From Elusimicrobiota bacterium (GTDB taxonomy: Bacteria; Elusimicrobiota; Elusimicrobia; Elusimicrobiales; UBA9959), in the NCBI GenBank assembly GCA_037137395.1, contig JBAXKK010000024.1:1-29990 (forward strand): 29,990 nt of DNA, given 5' to 3'. The position numbers were made by a program, and so were the translations under genes. Position 1 is the first letter of the stretch. Each line of letters begins with the position of its first letter. The notes under the pieces were generated by a model. That model did no database searches and was not told where the DNA came from. It saw only the letters and a list, made by a program, of their open reading frames with translations. This document shows, piece after piece, positions 7,296 through 16,107 of this stretch.

Positions 7296-8402
7296 ATGGG
7301 AGGCTATATGAAAAACAAATACGGAATAAGCAGTGAGAATTACATGCTGATTGAAAAACTTATCAGTTTGATCTATCCGGAGAATGAAAAACCGGCGCGT
7401 AATATCTTCAACCGCCGGACACTGAAAAAGCAGCTTATCGGTTGTGATTTCCCCGCGGAAGTATGGCAGGAGGCGATAAGTATGGTTGGGGGCGCGATTC
7501 AGGTCGGTCTTGAACTGAGGTCCTTCCAGGGATGTTTTGAAGGTTTTTTTGTGGTGCCGCGTATTAACCGGCCCGAAAGCGCCGGGGCTATCAGGCGGAA
7601 CTTCAGAAAGAAGTTGCTCGCGTTTATCAAGTCGGAGAAAGCGGAGCAGAAAATCAGCAGAAAATTGGAAAGAGCTGAAGCTGAAAGCGCGGGCGCGCGG
7701 CCGGAGGCGGCTGTTGAAATAACAGGGAAGCTTATAAGGGACAACCCGGCCTACGACTTCCTGAAGGCGCATGGTCGTTCGCTGGCGGCCGCCCGGCCGG
7801 AAAACTTTGAGGATGCCGACAACTTCTTTATCGGCTGTCTGGCCGCGTTCGCTAAAACCAGAACTCATTCCAGCGGACGCTCTACCCCTTACTTCGCGGC
7901 TGGCGTTATGTTTGAGAATCTGTGCGATGAGTTTGTCAAAATAGCCGACGGATTCCTGAGGCGGAACCGGAAGGATTATTTCGCCGCCTTCGCGCGCGAT
8001 ACTTTTAAGGATCAGAATGCGTTAGGAGGAGGGGTTGAAGCGGGATATAGCTCCGGAGTGGCGGACGCCCTAAGGGAAAGCGCCGTACTGCGGCTTAAAA
8101 AACTCCCTAAACAACTTCATCGGATAACGCACCGCCTTTTATATTGTAAAGCCGGAGAAATCGGAACCCGTCCCATGCCGGAATGTGTTGCGCGCCTGAC
8201 GCCTGCCGGACTTATTTTTAAGACGGGACTGGACGCTGATTTCGAAAGCGTTTTTAACGCGATAGAGAAACTGGAGGGGGAGGATAAGCGGAAGGCTTTT
8301 GCGGCGTTGAGGCGTTTCCAAAATCTCATTAAATGGAAGTGCTATATGAATTGGTGGGTTAGCGTGAATTGGCCCGGCAGCGTTGCTGATGAACGCAGAT
8401 AA
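7296..8402 (+). CDS. Hypothetical protein (start 7296 or 7308)
   Basis: 368-codon ORF, GGAGG before both candidate starts; no recognised motif. Confidence 0.7.
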   Translation: MGGYMKNKYGISSENYMLIEKLISLIYPENEKPARNIFNRRTLKKQLIGCDFPAEVWQEAISMVGGAIQVGLELRSFQGCFEGFFVVPRINRPESAGAIRRNFRKKLLAFIKSEKAEQKISRKLERAEAESAGARPEAAVEITGKLIRDNPAYDFLKAHGRSLAAARPENFEDADNFFIGCLAAFAKTRTHSSGRSTPYFAAGVMFENLCDEFVKIADGFLRRNRKDYFAAFARDTFKDQNALGGGVEAGYSSGVADALRESAVLRLKKLPKQLHRITHRLLYCKAGEIGTRPMPECVARLTPAGLIFKTGLDADFESVFNAIEKLEGEDKRKAFAALRRFQNLIKWKCYMNWWVSVNWPGSVADERR

Positions 8403-8440
8403 AATATTAACCCCAACTTATTGGATTACCAGGAGGATAT

Positions 8441-9346
8441 ATGAAAAACACACACGAAGTAAACAGTAAAGATGTTAAATCGGTTGAACCCCTGACTGTC
8501 GCCGGGCGGCTTAAAGCCGGCGGGAAGGTCTTTTCGGTTGAGTTTTATCACCCGGATATACGGGAACGGAGGGAAGCGCTTTTTTGCAACGCTAAAAAAT
8601 TGAAAGCTTTCTCCCCGGATTTTGTTTTTACAACCGATATTGCAGGCGCGGAGTTCGGGAAAGCGGTTTCTATTATTAAAAGACTTAAAGTTGCCGCGGG
8701 CGGGGAGTTAGTGGCGTGCTTAACCTGCGCAAAACATAGCCGCGGTGAAATAGCCGGGATCTGCGTCCGGTTGAAGAGTATCGGCGTCAAAAATATCTTA
8801 GCGCTTAGGGGGGATATGAGTAAACTGAAAAGTCCAGTCCCCGGGCGCGACTGGCAGCACGCCTCCCGGCTTATTGAGGAAGTTAAAAAAACAGGCGGGT
8901 TCTGCCTGGGGGGAGCCTGTTATCCTGAAAAGCATCCCGAGGCGCCGACGCTGGAAAGTGATATTGACCATCTTAAGGAAAAAGTGGACGCCGGAGCCGA
9001 ATACCTGGTCACACAGTATTTTTTTGATAACTCCAGCTACTTCAGATTCCTTGAAAAGACAGCCGCCGCGGGCATAAATGTGCCCATACTGCCTGGTTTG
9101 TTGCCCATACATGTATATCTGGATGGGGCGGGGCGGAATATGGAAGTTGCTATACCGAAACCGCTACAGCGTGGTATTGAGCGTTGGAGCGGAAACAGGA
9201 ACGGGTTGTTAAATTTCAGCGCGAATTATGTCTTAACGCAGGCCGCCGATCTTTTGCGGGGCGGTGCCCCGGGGCTGCACATCTACACGCTTACTCACAG
9301 TTTCGCGGCGGAAGTTGTTTTGAAGAGCCTGAGGCGCGCGCAATAG
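8441..9346 (+). CDS. metF: Methylenetetrahydrofolate reductase (divergent)
   Basis: FSVEF, LTC, LALRGD, YPEKHPEA, KVDAGA, TQYFFD, GLHIYTL; SD AGGAGG. Confidence 0.88.
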   Translation: MKNTHEVNSKDVKSVEPLTVAGRLKAGGKVFSVEFYHPDIRERREALFCNAKKLKAFSPDFVFTTDIAGAEFGKAVSIIKRLKVAAGGELVACLTCAKHSRGEIAGICVRLKSIGVKNILALRGDMSKLKSPVPGRDWQHASRLIEEVKKTGGFCLGGACYPEKHPEAPTLESDIDHLKEKVDAGAEYLVTQYFFDNSSYFRFLEKTAAAGINVPILPGLLPIHVYLDGAGRNMEVAIPKPLQRGIERWSGNRNGLLNFSANYVLTQAADLLRGGAPGLHIYTLTHSFAAEVVLKSLRRAQ

Positions 9347-9361
9347 CGCTGAAGAGCCGAT

Positions 9362-9419
9362 GAAATAAAGTGACACACAACTCAACAACTGCTAATTAAG
9401 TTGTGTGTCACTTTATTTC
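9362..9419. repeat. Perfect 21-bp inverted repeat, 16-nt loop (REP-like element or terminator)
   Basis: GAAATAAAGTGACACACAACT(9362-9382)/AGTTGTGTGTCACTTTATTTC(9399-9419). Confidence 0.85.
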
Positions 9420-9525
9420 GGGCTATTGTCCTGACCCGGTTACTACCCCCAAAAATCCTACTTTTGTGTCAGACTGGAGTCATACTGGTGTTTCAGCCTC
9501 ATGTCGCAGTTAGTCATTATCATTA

Positions 9526-9555
9526 TTGAGAATCCCGGAGAAAGTTTGATAAGAT
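9526..9555 (+). promoter_or_regulatory. Probable tRNA promoter
   Basis: TTGAGA(9526-9531), 18 nt, TG-a-TAAGAT(9547-9555), 9 nt before the tRNA. Confidence 0.5.
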
Positions 9556-9564
9556 GTATTTAAC

Positions 9565-9636
9565 GGCGCGGTGGCCAAGTGGTAAGGCGGAAGTCTGCAA
9601 AACTTCTATTCGTGGGTTCGATTCCCACCCGCGCCT
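9565..9636 (+). tRNA. tRNA-Cys(GCA), CCA not encoded
   Basis: Acceptor GGCGCGG/CCGCGCC plus U discriminator; anticodon arm GAAGT-CTGCAAA-ACTTC (GCA 9597-9599); T arm GTGGG-TTCGATT-CCCAC. Confidence 0.96.
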
Positions 9637-9740
9637 TTTAAAATTTGAGGGAATCGAAGCCGACCCGAAGCGCGTCCGGTGGACGATGAAGAGAGGGCGG
9701 CCGGCTTCGAGGGAGAGACCGGGAGGGAGCGGAAGAGAAG

Positions 9741-9758
9741 GATTCCCACCCGCGCCTT
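9741..9758 (+). repeat. 18-bp duplicate of the tRNA-Cys 3' end
   Basis: GATTCCCACCCGCGCCTT identical to 9620-9637. Confidence 0.9.
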
Positions 9759-9813
9759 AAATATTTTTAGCGCAGTGGTAAACGAGTGGCTGGCGGAAAT
9801 TTCCGTGGCTATT

Positions 9814-9841
9814 CACTAACCACTAATCACTAATCACTAAT
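9814..9841. repeat. Heptamer tandem repeat (CACTAAY)x4
   Basis: CACTAAC CACTAAT CACTAAT CACTAAT. Confidence 0.85.
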
Positions 9842-9850
9842 CATAAGCCT

Positions 9851-11014
9851 ATGCACCTTAGCCGTTTAGCGATGTCGGTGGGTCAGTCCGCAACGCTGAA
9901 ATTGAACGAACTCGCCGGCACCCTTAAGGCCGAGGGCAAACCCGTTGTGCATCTGGGCGGCGGGGAGCCCGAAGAAAAGATACCCCAGGGCGCCTACGAC
10001 GCTTCACTGAAAAAGTTGGACACCAGATACATCCGCTACACCGCCACCAGCGGCATCCCCGAGCTCAAATCAGAAATCTCCTCCTACACAGAAAAACATT
10101 ACGGCTTAAAGCCCTCCGCCAAAAACATTGTGGTCTCCGGCGGGGCTAAGCAGGCCATTTATAATTTCCTTATGGCCGTGGTTGATCCCGGCTCCGAGGT
10201 CGTTTTTCCCGCGCCTTACTGGGTCAGCTATCCGGAAATGGTGAAAATGGTTTACGGCACCCCTGTGGTCGTCCGCCCCAAACCCGGCCAACTCCTGCCG
10301 GATATACAGGAGATGGACCGCCATATCACCTCCAATACCCGCGCGGTGATGCTCAATAGCCCTAATAACCCTTCCGGCATGATCTACCCTGAAGAGCTCG
10401 TGCGGGAACTTGTGGAGATCTGCGAATATCGCGGCGTCTATCTTATGATGGATGATATCTATAACCGCCTGGTGTTCGGCGGCGCGTCCGCGCCCAACGC
10501 TTTCGCGCTGTCAAAGCGGCCACTCAACGAGTCTATTATCGTTTCCATCAACGGCGTTTCAAAAATGTATTCCATGACGGGATACCGCATCGGCTGGAGC
10601 GTGGCGAGCGAGGCTATAACCCAGGCTATGGTCAAGATACAGGCCCAGATCACCTCATGCCCCTCGGCTTTAAGCCAGGCGGCTGCCGCCGGCGCCATGG
10701 CCGAGCAGGGCTCTTTCGTGGAAGATCTCCGCGTTCAGCTGGAAAAAAAGCGGGATTTGCTGATATCGGAACTTAAAAAGTTCAAGAAAGTGAAGATCCA
10801 TATTCCACAGGGCACATTTTACAGCTTCCCCGATTTCAGCGCCTATGAACCGGATTCAGAAAAGCTTTCAAAACTCCTGCTGGATAAAGCTATGGTCGTT
10901 ACCGTGCCCGGAAAAGAATTCGGACTGGATGGCCACCTGCGCCTCAGCTACTGCGGCAGCGAGAAAGATATCGTGGAAGGCCTTTCCCGGATCAGAAAAA
11001 TATTAGACGCGTGA
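9851..11014 (+). CDS. PLP-dependent class I/II (aspartate-type) aminotransferase
   Basis: GEP, PYWVSY, NSPNNPSG, DDIY, SKMYSMTGYRIG (PLP lysine), LRLSY. Confidence 0.93.
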   Translation: MHLSRLAMSVGQSATLKLNELAGTLKAEGKPVVHLGGGEPEEKIPQGAYDASLKKLDTRYIRYTATSGIPELKSEISSYTEKHYGLKPSAKNIVVSGGAKQAIYNFLMAVVDPGSEVVFPAPYWVSYPEMVKMVYGTPVVVRPKPGQLLPDIQEMDRHITSNTRAVMLNSPNNPSGMIYPEELVRELVEICEYRGVYLMMDDIYNRLVFGGASAPNAFALSKRPLNESIIVSINGVSKMYSMTGYRIGWSVASEAITQAMVKIQAQITSCPSALSQAAAAGAMAEQGSFVEDLRVQLEKKRDLLISELKKFKKVKIHIPQGTFYSFPDFSAYEPDSEKLSKLLLDKAMVVTVPGKEFGLDGHLRLSYCGSEKDIVEGLSRIRKILDA

Positions 11015-11149
11015 CAGCAGGACAGCGCGGCAGCAAGACAGTGCGGCAGAGCGGCAGTAAAACCGCGGAGTAGTTTTAAAATACTTTTTAAAAACCGTCT
11101 TTTTCCTCTTTCTTTCTATCGTACTTTCTTGCTGTCGTACTGCCGCGCT
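11013..11149. repeat. Degenerate octamer repeats with a downstream complementary tract
   Basis: GACAGCAG GACAGCGC GGCAGCAA GACAGTGC GGCAGAGC GGCAGTAA (11013-11060); TTGCTGTC GTACTGCC GCGCT (11129-11149). Confidence 0.65.
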
Positions 11150-11167
11150 AATTTAAGGAGACTTTTT

Positions 11168-12778
11168 ATGTCTGACACAATATCAACTGACTTTGGGTAT
11201 ATCGGCCAAGCTCTTGAAAAGATAGGCATTAAAACCTCCGGCAAGATACACCGTAATCTGTCCGCGCCCGCCATTTACGAACACATAATCTCAAAAGGCG
11301 AAGGCGTGATAGCCTATAACGGCCCCGTAATCACGCGCACAGGCGTCCATACCGCCCGCGCCGCGCAGGATAAATTTATAGTGAAGCAGGAGCCCAGCGC
11401 CTCGCATATCTGGTGGGGCGACTACAATGTGCCTTTTGAAGCCGGGAAATTCGACAGACTGTATGAGAAAATAACCGGCCATTTCAAAGATCGCGACGTT
11501 TATGTGCGGGACTGCTACGCCGGCTCCGACCTCGCGTGCCGCCTGCCCGTGCGCGTCATCACCGAATACGCCTGGCACAACCTGTTTGCGAGTCATATGT
11601 TCCTGGGCCCGGACTGCGCCGCGGCCCTGCAGGCGCACGAGCCGCAATTTACAGTTATCTGCGCCCCCGGCTGCAAGGCTGACCCTGCCGCGGACGGAAC
11701 CAGAAGCGCCACCTTCATCCTGGTCAATTTTGAAAAAAAAGTCGTGATCATAGGCGGGACGGCCTATGCCGGCGAGATAAAGAAATCCGTTTTCACGGTG
11801 ATGAATTACCTGCTGCCGCTGAAAGGCGTCATGCCCATGCATTGCTCGGCCAATCTGGGGAAGAGCGGTGATACCGCCATTTTTTTCGGTCTGTCAGGCA
11901 CCGGTAAGACCACGCTCTCGTCCGACCCTGAACGCCGCCTTATCGGGGATGACGAGCACGGCTGGACCGAGGACGGCATTTTTAATTTCGAAGGCGGCTG
12001 TTACGCTAAGGTTATAAACCTGTCGCAGAAAGCCGAGCCGCAGATTTACGAGTGCACGCGGCGGTTCGGCACCGTGCTTGAAAATGTTGTTTATGACCCC
12101 TGCACGAGAGAATTAAATCTGGACGACGGCTCCCTCACCGAGAACACGCGCGCCGGGTACCCGCTTGACTACATAAATAACGCCGTGCGCGGAGAATTCT
12201 TTCCGCATCCGAAAAATATCGTTATGCTGACTTACGACGCCTTCGGCGTGCTGCCGCCCATATCAAAACTTTCCTATGAGCAGGCGATGTATCATTTTAT
12301 TTCCGGCTACACCGCCAAGGTGGCGAACACTGAGATGGGCGTAAAGGAGCCTAAGGCGACATTCAGCGCCTGCTTTGGCGCCCCGTTCATGAGCCATCAC
12401 CCCTCGGTGTACGCCGAGCTCCTGGAAAAAAAGATGCGCGGGCATAAGGTCAACTGCTGGCTTATAAACACGGGCCTGGCCGGCGGCCCTTACGGAGTGG
12501 GCCGGCGCATAAGCATACAGCATACCCGCGCACTGCTGAACGGCGCGCTTAGCGGCGCGCTGGCGTCCGTTAAATTTATAAAGGACCCTGTCTTCGGTTT
12601 TGACATCCCGGCGTCCTGCCCCGGAGTGCCCGCCGAGATAATGGCGCCGCGCTCGGCGTGGAAGAGCCCCGCCGACTATGACGCCAAATGCGCGGAGCTG
12701 GCCGGACTCTTCTCAAAAAACTTTAAAAAATTCGGCGTCTCCAATGAGAATATAGTGAAAGCCGGCCCCAAGGTCTGA
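11168..12778 (+). CDS. pckA: Phosphoenolpyruvate carboxykinase (ATP)
   Basis: YAGEIKK, MHCSAN, GLSGTGKTTLS, LIGDDEHGW, NFEGGCYAK; start ATG 11168 after AAGGAG. Confidence 0.96.
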   Translation: MSDTISTDFGYIGQALEKIGIKTSGKIHRNLSAPAIYEHIISKGEGVIAYNGPVITRTGVHTARAAQDKFIVKQEPSASHIWWGDYNVPFEAGKFDRLYEKITGHFKDRDVYVRDCYAGSDLACRLPVRVITEYAWHNLFASHMFLGPDCAAALQAHEPQFTVICAPGCKADPAADGTRSATFILVNFEKKVVIIGGTAYAGEIKKSVFTVMNYLLPLKGVMPMHCSANLGKSGDTAIFFGLSGTGKTTLSSDPERRLIGDDEHGWTEDGIFNFEGGCYAKVINLSQKAEPQIYECTRRFGTVLENVVYDPCTRELNLDDGSLTENTRAGYPLDYINNAVRGEFFPHPKNIVMLTYDAFGVLPPISKLSYEQAMYHFISGYTAKVANTEMGVKEPKATFSACFGAPFMSHHPSVYAELLEKKMRGHKVNCWLINTGLAGGPYGVGRRISIQHTRALLNGALSGALASVKFIKDPVFGFDIPASCPGVPAEIMAPRSAWKSPADYDAKCAELAGLFSKNFKKFGVSNENIVKAGPKV

Positions 12779-12876
12779 CGGCTTTCGTCGGAGAAAAAAG
12801 AATTTCATTGACAAACATAATGGAAAATAAGGTAATATCTCTTAAAGTAGTCAGAAACCCATAGGAGGAAGTACAC

Positions 12877-13137
12877 ATGCCCGCAGCTAAAACAAACTCG
12901 AAGTTCATGGCCCCCATCACCCCCGACGCGATTCTTGCCGAAGTTATTGGCGCGAAGCCGATTCCCCGGACCGAGATAGTGAAGAAAATCTGGGCCTATA
13001 TCAAGAAGAATAACCTTCAGGATAAGAAAAACAAAAGAATGATCAACGGCGACGTCAAACTCACCGCGGTCTTCGGTGGTAAGAAACAGGTCAGCATGTT
13101 CGAAATTGCCAAATTCATCGGCAAGCACGCGAAATAA
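12877..13137 (+). CDS. Stand-alone SWIB/MDM2-domain protein
   Basis: LAEVIG...PRTEIVKKIWAYIKKNNLQD..NKRMI..D..L..VFG...VSMFEI; SD AGGAGG. Confidence 0.9.
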   Translation: MPAAKTNSKFMAPITPDAILAEVIGAKPIPRTEIVKKIWAYIKKNNLQDKKNKRMINGDVKLTAVFGGKKQVSMFEIAKFIGKHAK

Positions 13138-13154
13138 GCAGTTTCAAATAATAT

Positions 13155-13186
13155 AAGCGCCGGCTTCGAAAGAGGTCGGCGTTTTT
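13155..13186 (+). terminator. Intrinsic terminator
   Basis: GCGCCGGCTTC-GAAA-GAGGTCGGCGT followed by a T run. Confidence 0.85.
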
Positions 13187-13273
13187 ATTATTTTAAAGGA
13201 TCGCGACGAACTGAAAGAGATGTTTTCGAAATAAAAAAACACTATAATTGGGAAAGAGGGCGCATGGCTCTGA

Positions 13274-14819
13274 ATGGGGAAACGCCTGCGGCGCGTCCTA
13301 AAGCAAAAATATCAACAGAACAGGCAAAAGTCTTTATCACAAAGAAAACCGACTAATACTATGAGTGAAATCTGCAAGAAAATAATAGTCTGGCTATACC
13401 GGGAAAGCCCAAGGATCAAGCTTGCGGCGTTTTATTTCCCAATTTTGCTGATCATGGGGTTTCTGCTGGTAAAAATCGAATGGAACGCTGTATATATGAG
13501 CATTATACAGGAGGATTCTTTCGTAGAAAATACGCAGTTTGCCGCATACTTCCTCGCGTCGCTGGTTGCCTTCTTTGCCGGAGCGGGTTGCCTTAAGCAG
13601 GGCCGCCTGCTGAATGGTTTCAGCCTGCTGGTATTCGCGGCTCTTTTGATGTTTATAGGTATGGAGGAAATATCCTGGGGGCAAAGGCTGTTTTCAGTAA
13701 ACACTCCCGAGTGGCTTCGGCAGCGTAATATACAGGAAGAAATTAACATTCACAATTTGCAATCGGTCCAAAGCGGGTTTCATTTGTGTTATATCTTAGC
13801 CGGGGCGCTGTTCTCTTTCGGGTGGATGCCGGTAAGGTGTATCGCGTCTGACGGAAGGTTGAGGCGTGACGTGAAAAACATGATGCTGTTATTCAGTCCC
13901 AGATGGTATTTGATGTTCTTTTTTCTGCCCGTGGCCATGATCTACGCTTATTTTCGTTTGCCCGCCGTTCAAATAAATTATTTTGTAATTTTAAACGATC
14001 AGGAGCCGGCGGAACTTTTGCTGGCGCTTGGCTTTCTGCTATATGCCATCGTTATCGCGATGAATTTGCAATATGGTTCCGAATCGCCTGCCGGGGAGGG
14101 GCGCAAAGAAAGAGGCCGCATCCGGAAGGAAGCGGTTCTCATCGGGGTGCTTCTACTGGCGGGGCTGGGGGGGGATTGCCTGGCGATATACGCAAGTCTG
14201 GCGTAATTCGGGAAGCCTGTGGAGGCACACGCTCGCCATCATTCCCTATGCAGCTATAGACCATAACAATTTTGCGAATATTCTGGTCGCGCAAGGAAAA
14301 AAAGAAGAGGCAATCAGGGAGTATAACCTTGCTCTCAAAATTAAGCCGGATTACGCCGACGCGCATTATAACCTGGCACAGGTCCTGAGCGGGCAGGGCC
14401 GGCTGGACTCGGCAGTCCTGCATTATGGATTGGCGCTTTCGGCGCAGCCGGAGTATTTTAAGGCGCGCAACAATCTTGCGGCAGTGCTGGGCGCGCAGGG
14501 CAGATACAGCGAGGCCGTAGAGCAGTATAAGTTGGCGCTCGAGACTCGGCCGGGTCTGGCTGAGGCTCATTACAATATGGCGAATATCCTGGCCGCGCAA
14601 GGCAAATTAGATGAGGCGATCCTGCATTATAAACAGGCGTTCCAGGCGCGGCCGGACTTGGTTGAGGCCTATAATAATCTTGCGAACATCCTGGTGCGAC
14701 AAGGCAGGTTGGGTGAAGCGGTCCCATATTACCGCAGTGCGCTTAAGGTTAACCCCGGTTATGAGCAGGCTAGCCGTAACCTTGGGATCATCCTCAGGCG
14801 GCTGGAATCAGCCAAGTAA
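13274..14819 (+). pseudogene. Multi-pass membrane protein fused to TPR repeats, split by a frameshift in a G8 tract (14167-14174)
   Basis: ORF 13274-14206 is hydrophobic (EEISWGQR...EEINIHN). ORF 14073-14819 reads QVWRNSGSLWRHTL then several AHYNLA/AYNNLA TPRs. Removing one G joins LLLAGLGG to IAWRYTQVW. Confidence 0.7.
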
Positions 14820-15000
14820 CCCCACGCCATTTTGATGTCCTTAGTTCCCAAAATTCCCTGAATTATAATTTACTTCCAACCACTTCTTACCTGATATAAC
14901 ACCTGCAAAATATTATTATATGTAGGGCAAGGGGTGGCGTGAGGGAGGCAGCTTTTAAATCTTTTGGAAGGATGAACGCGAGCGGATATAAATAAAATTT

Positions 15001-15102
15001 ATTGCGCTTGAGAAGAGGCACGGGGTGAAGCTCTCCCGGCGCTCCATCGCCCAGTACCGCAAAGAGCTGTCTTTGGGCGGGAAAGGGAATAGGGCGCTAT
15101 AG
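15001..15102 (+). pseudogene. Fragment resembling a sigma-54 C-terminal RpoN box
   Basis: IALEKRHGVKLSRRSIAQYRKELSLGGKGNRAL* resembles GIxxARRTVAKYRExL; in-frame TAA at 14989-14991 and no ATG before the motif. Confidence 0.5.
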
Positions 15103-15108
15103 CCGTCG

Positions 15109-15154
15109 AAAAGAAGAGCCGGCGGTCTCATCGACTGCCGGCTCTGTTCTTTTT
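15109..15154. terminator. Bidirectional intrinsic terminator
   Basis: AGAGCCGGCGGTC-TCATC-GACTGCCGGCTCT (15115-15145) with A-rich left and T-rich right flanks. Confidence 0.8.
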
Positions 15155-15195
15155 AAATTCCGCTAACGGCGTGTTACGCGGGTTGAATTAACGGC

Positions 15196-15726
15196 TTAAA
15201 TATCGTCCCAGGCAAATGTTCCGCCGTTATCGCGGAATCCGGCAGCGATATAGTTTCCGCGATTGTCGAATATCGCGACGAACATTCCTCTGTCGTTCTC
15301 GTTATGGATAATAAAAGCGATCATTCCCTGTAGTTTCATTTTATAAGGGATGGAGGGATACTCCGGTGCCCAATGCGCATTGTCCGCATTAAGTTGTTGC
15401 TTGGCATCGGCGGGAAGTTCCGATATTTTAGCCACGGGCAGGGTCCGGAGATTGCCTTCATTGAACAGCCTTAAATACTCTTTTTTAACGTCTTGTACCC
15501 AAATATAGGTGGGCGTACCCTTCACCGCTGCCGGGATATTGTTCTCCCGTACGGCGGAGGATGTCACTTTGACAGCCGCAGGCGCCGCGGGGACATCGAT
15601 AGTCCGCATGGCGGAAAGATTCACCCCGGTAAGGTCGGCGGCATTCAGAGCCGCTGTTTCAGTTTCTCCCGCGCAAGCCAGGCCGGCCGCCGTGACTATT
15701 ATAACCATACTTAATAGTTTTTTCAT
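15196..15726 (-). CDS. Secreted hypothetical protein
   Basis: Signal peptide MKKLLSMVIIVTAAGLACA, Ala/Pro-rich linker; SD AGGAG. Confidence 0.8.
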   Translation of the reverse strand: MKKLLSMVIIVTAAGLACAGETETAALNAADLTGVNLSAMRTIDVPAAPAAVKVTSSAVRENNIPAAVKGTPTYIWVQDVKKEYLRLFNEGNLRTLPVAKISELPADAKQQLNADNAHWAPEYPSIPYKMKLQGMIAFIIHNENDRGMFVAIFDNRGNYIAAGFRDNGGTFAWDDI

Positions 15727-16107
15727 TTATTCCATTCTCCTAATTTGTTTGTAAGTTGTATTTGCTCAAAATGCTGCTGTGCCCCTGACGCAGTATGACT
15801 AAATTATAGGAATAAGGCGGAAGTGGTAATAGAGGCGAAGGGCCCATCCGGGGCGCGCTATTTGGACTTAAAGATATAGGTCGGAAGGGCCACGGCTGTC
15901 TAATAATCTTCAGCTTATTGATGTTTCCCTTAAGGATCTTAAGTACGGCGCGGTAAAAGCGAAGGGGTGACAGCCATGGGTCGGATCGGGCAGAGAAGGA
16001 ACCGGCGCGAAGTCGCCGGGCCGGCGCAGGCCCGATGGGCCCCATGGCTGGCAGGACCCCGACCTGGCCAGGTGTGCGGAAGGGCCGCTTGTTGTGGGCT
16101 TTTGGGG

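Noticed and set aside
8403..8440. CCAACTT word before metF resembling the aptamer core
   Set aside because: No UUU loop, P1 or 3' pseudoknot strand; spacer too short.
545..9636. Met block as an island integrated at tRNA-Cys
   Set aside because: The tRNA 3' duplicate lies downstream of the tRNA and does not bracket the block; no tyrosine or serine integrase in the window.
9554..9760. 68-aa ORF
   Set aside because: Overlaps tRNA-Cys entirely.
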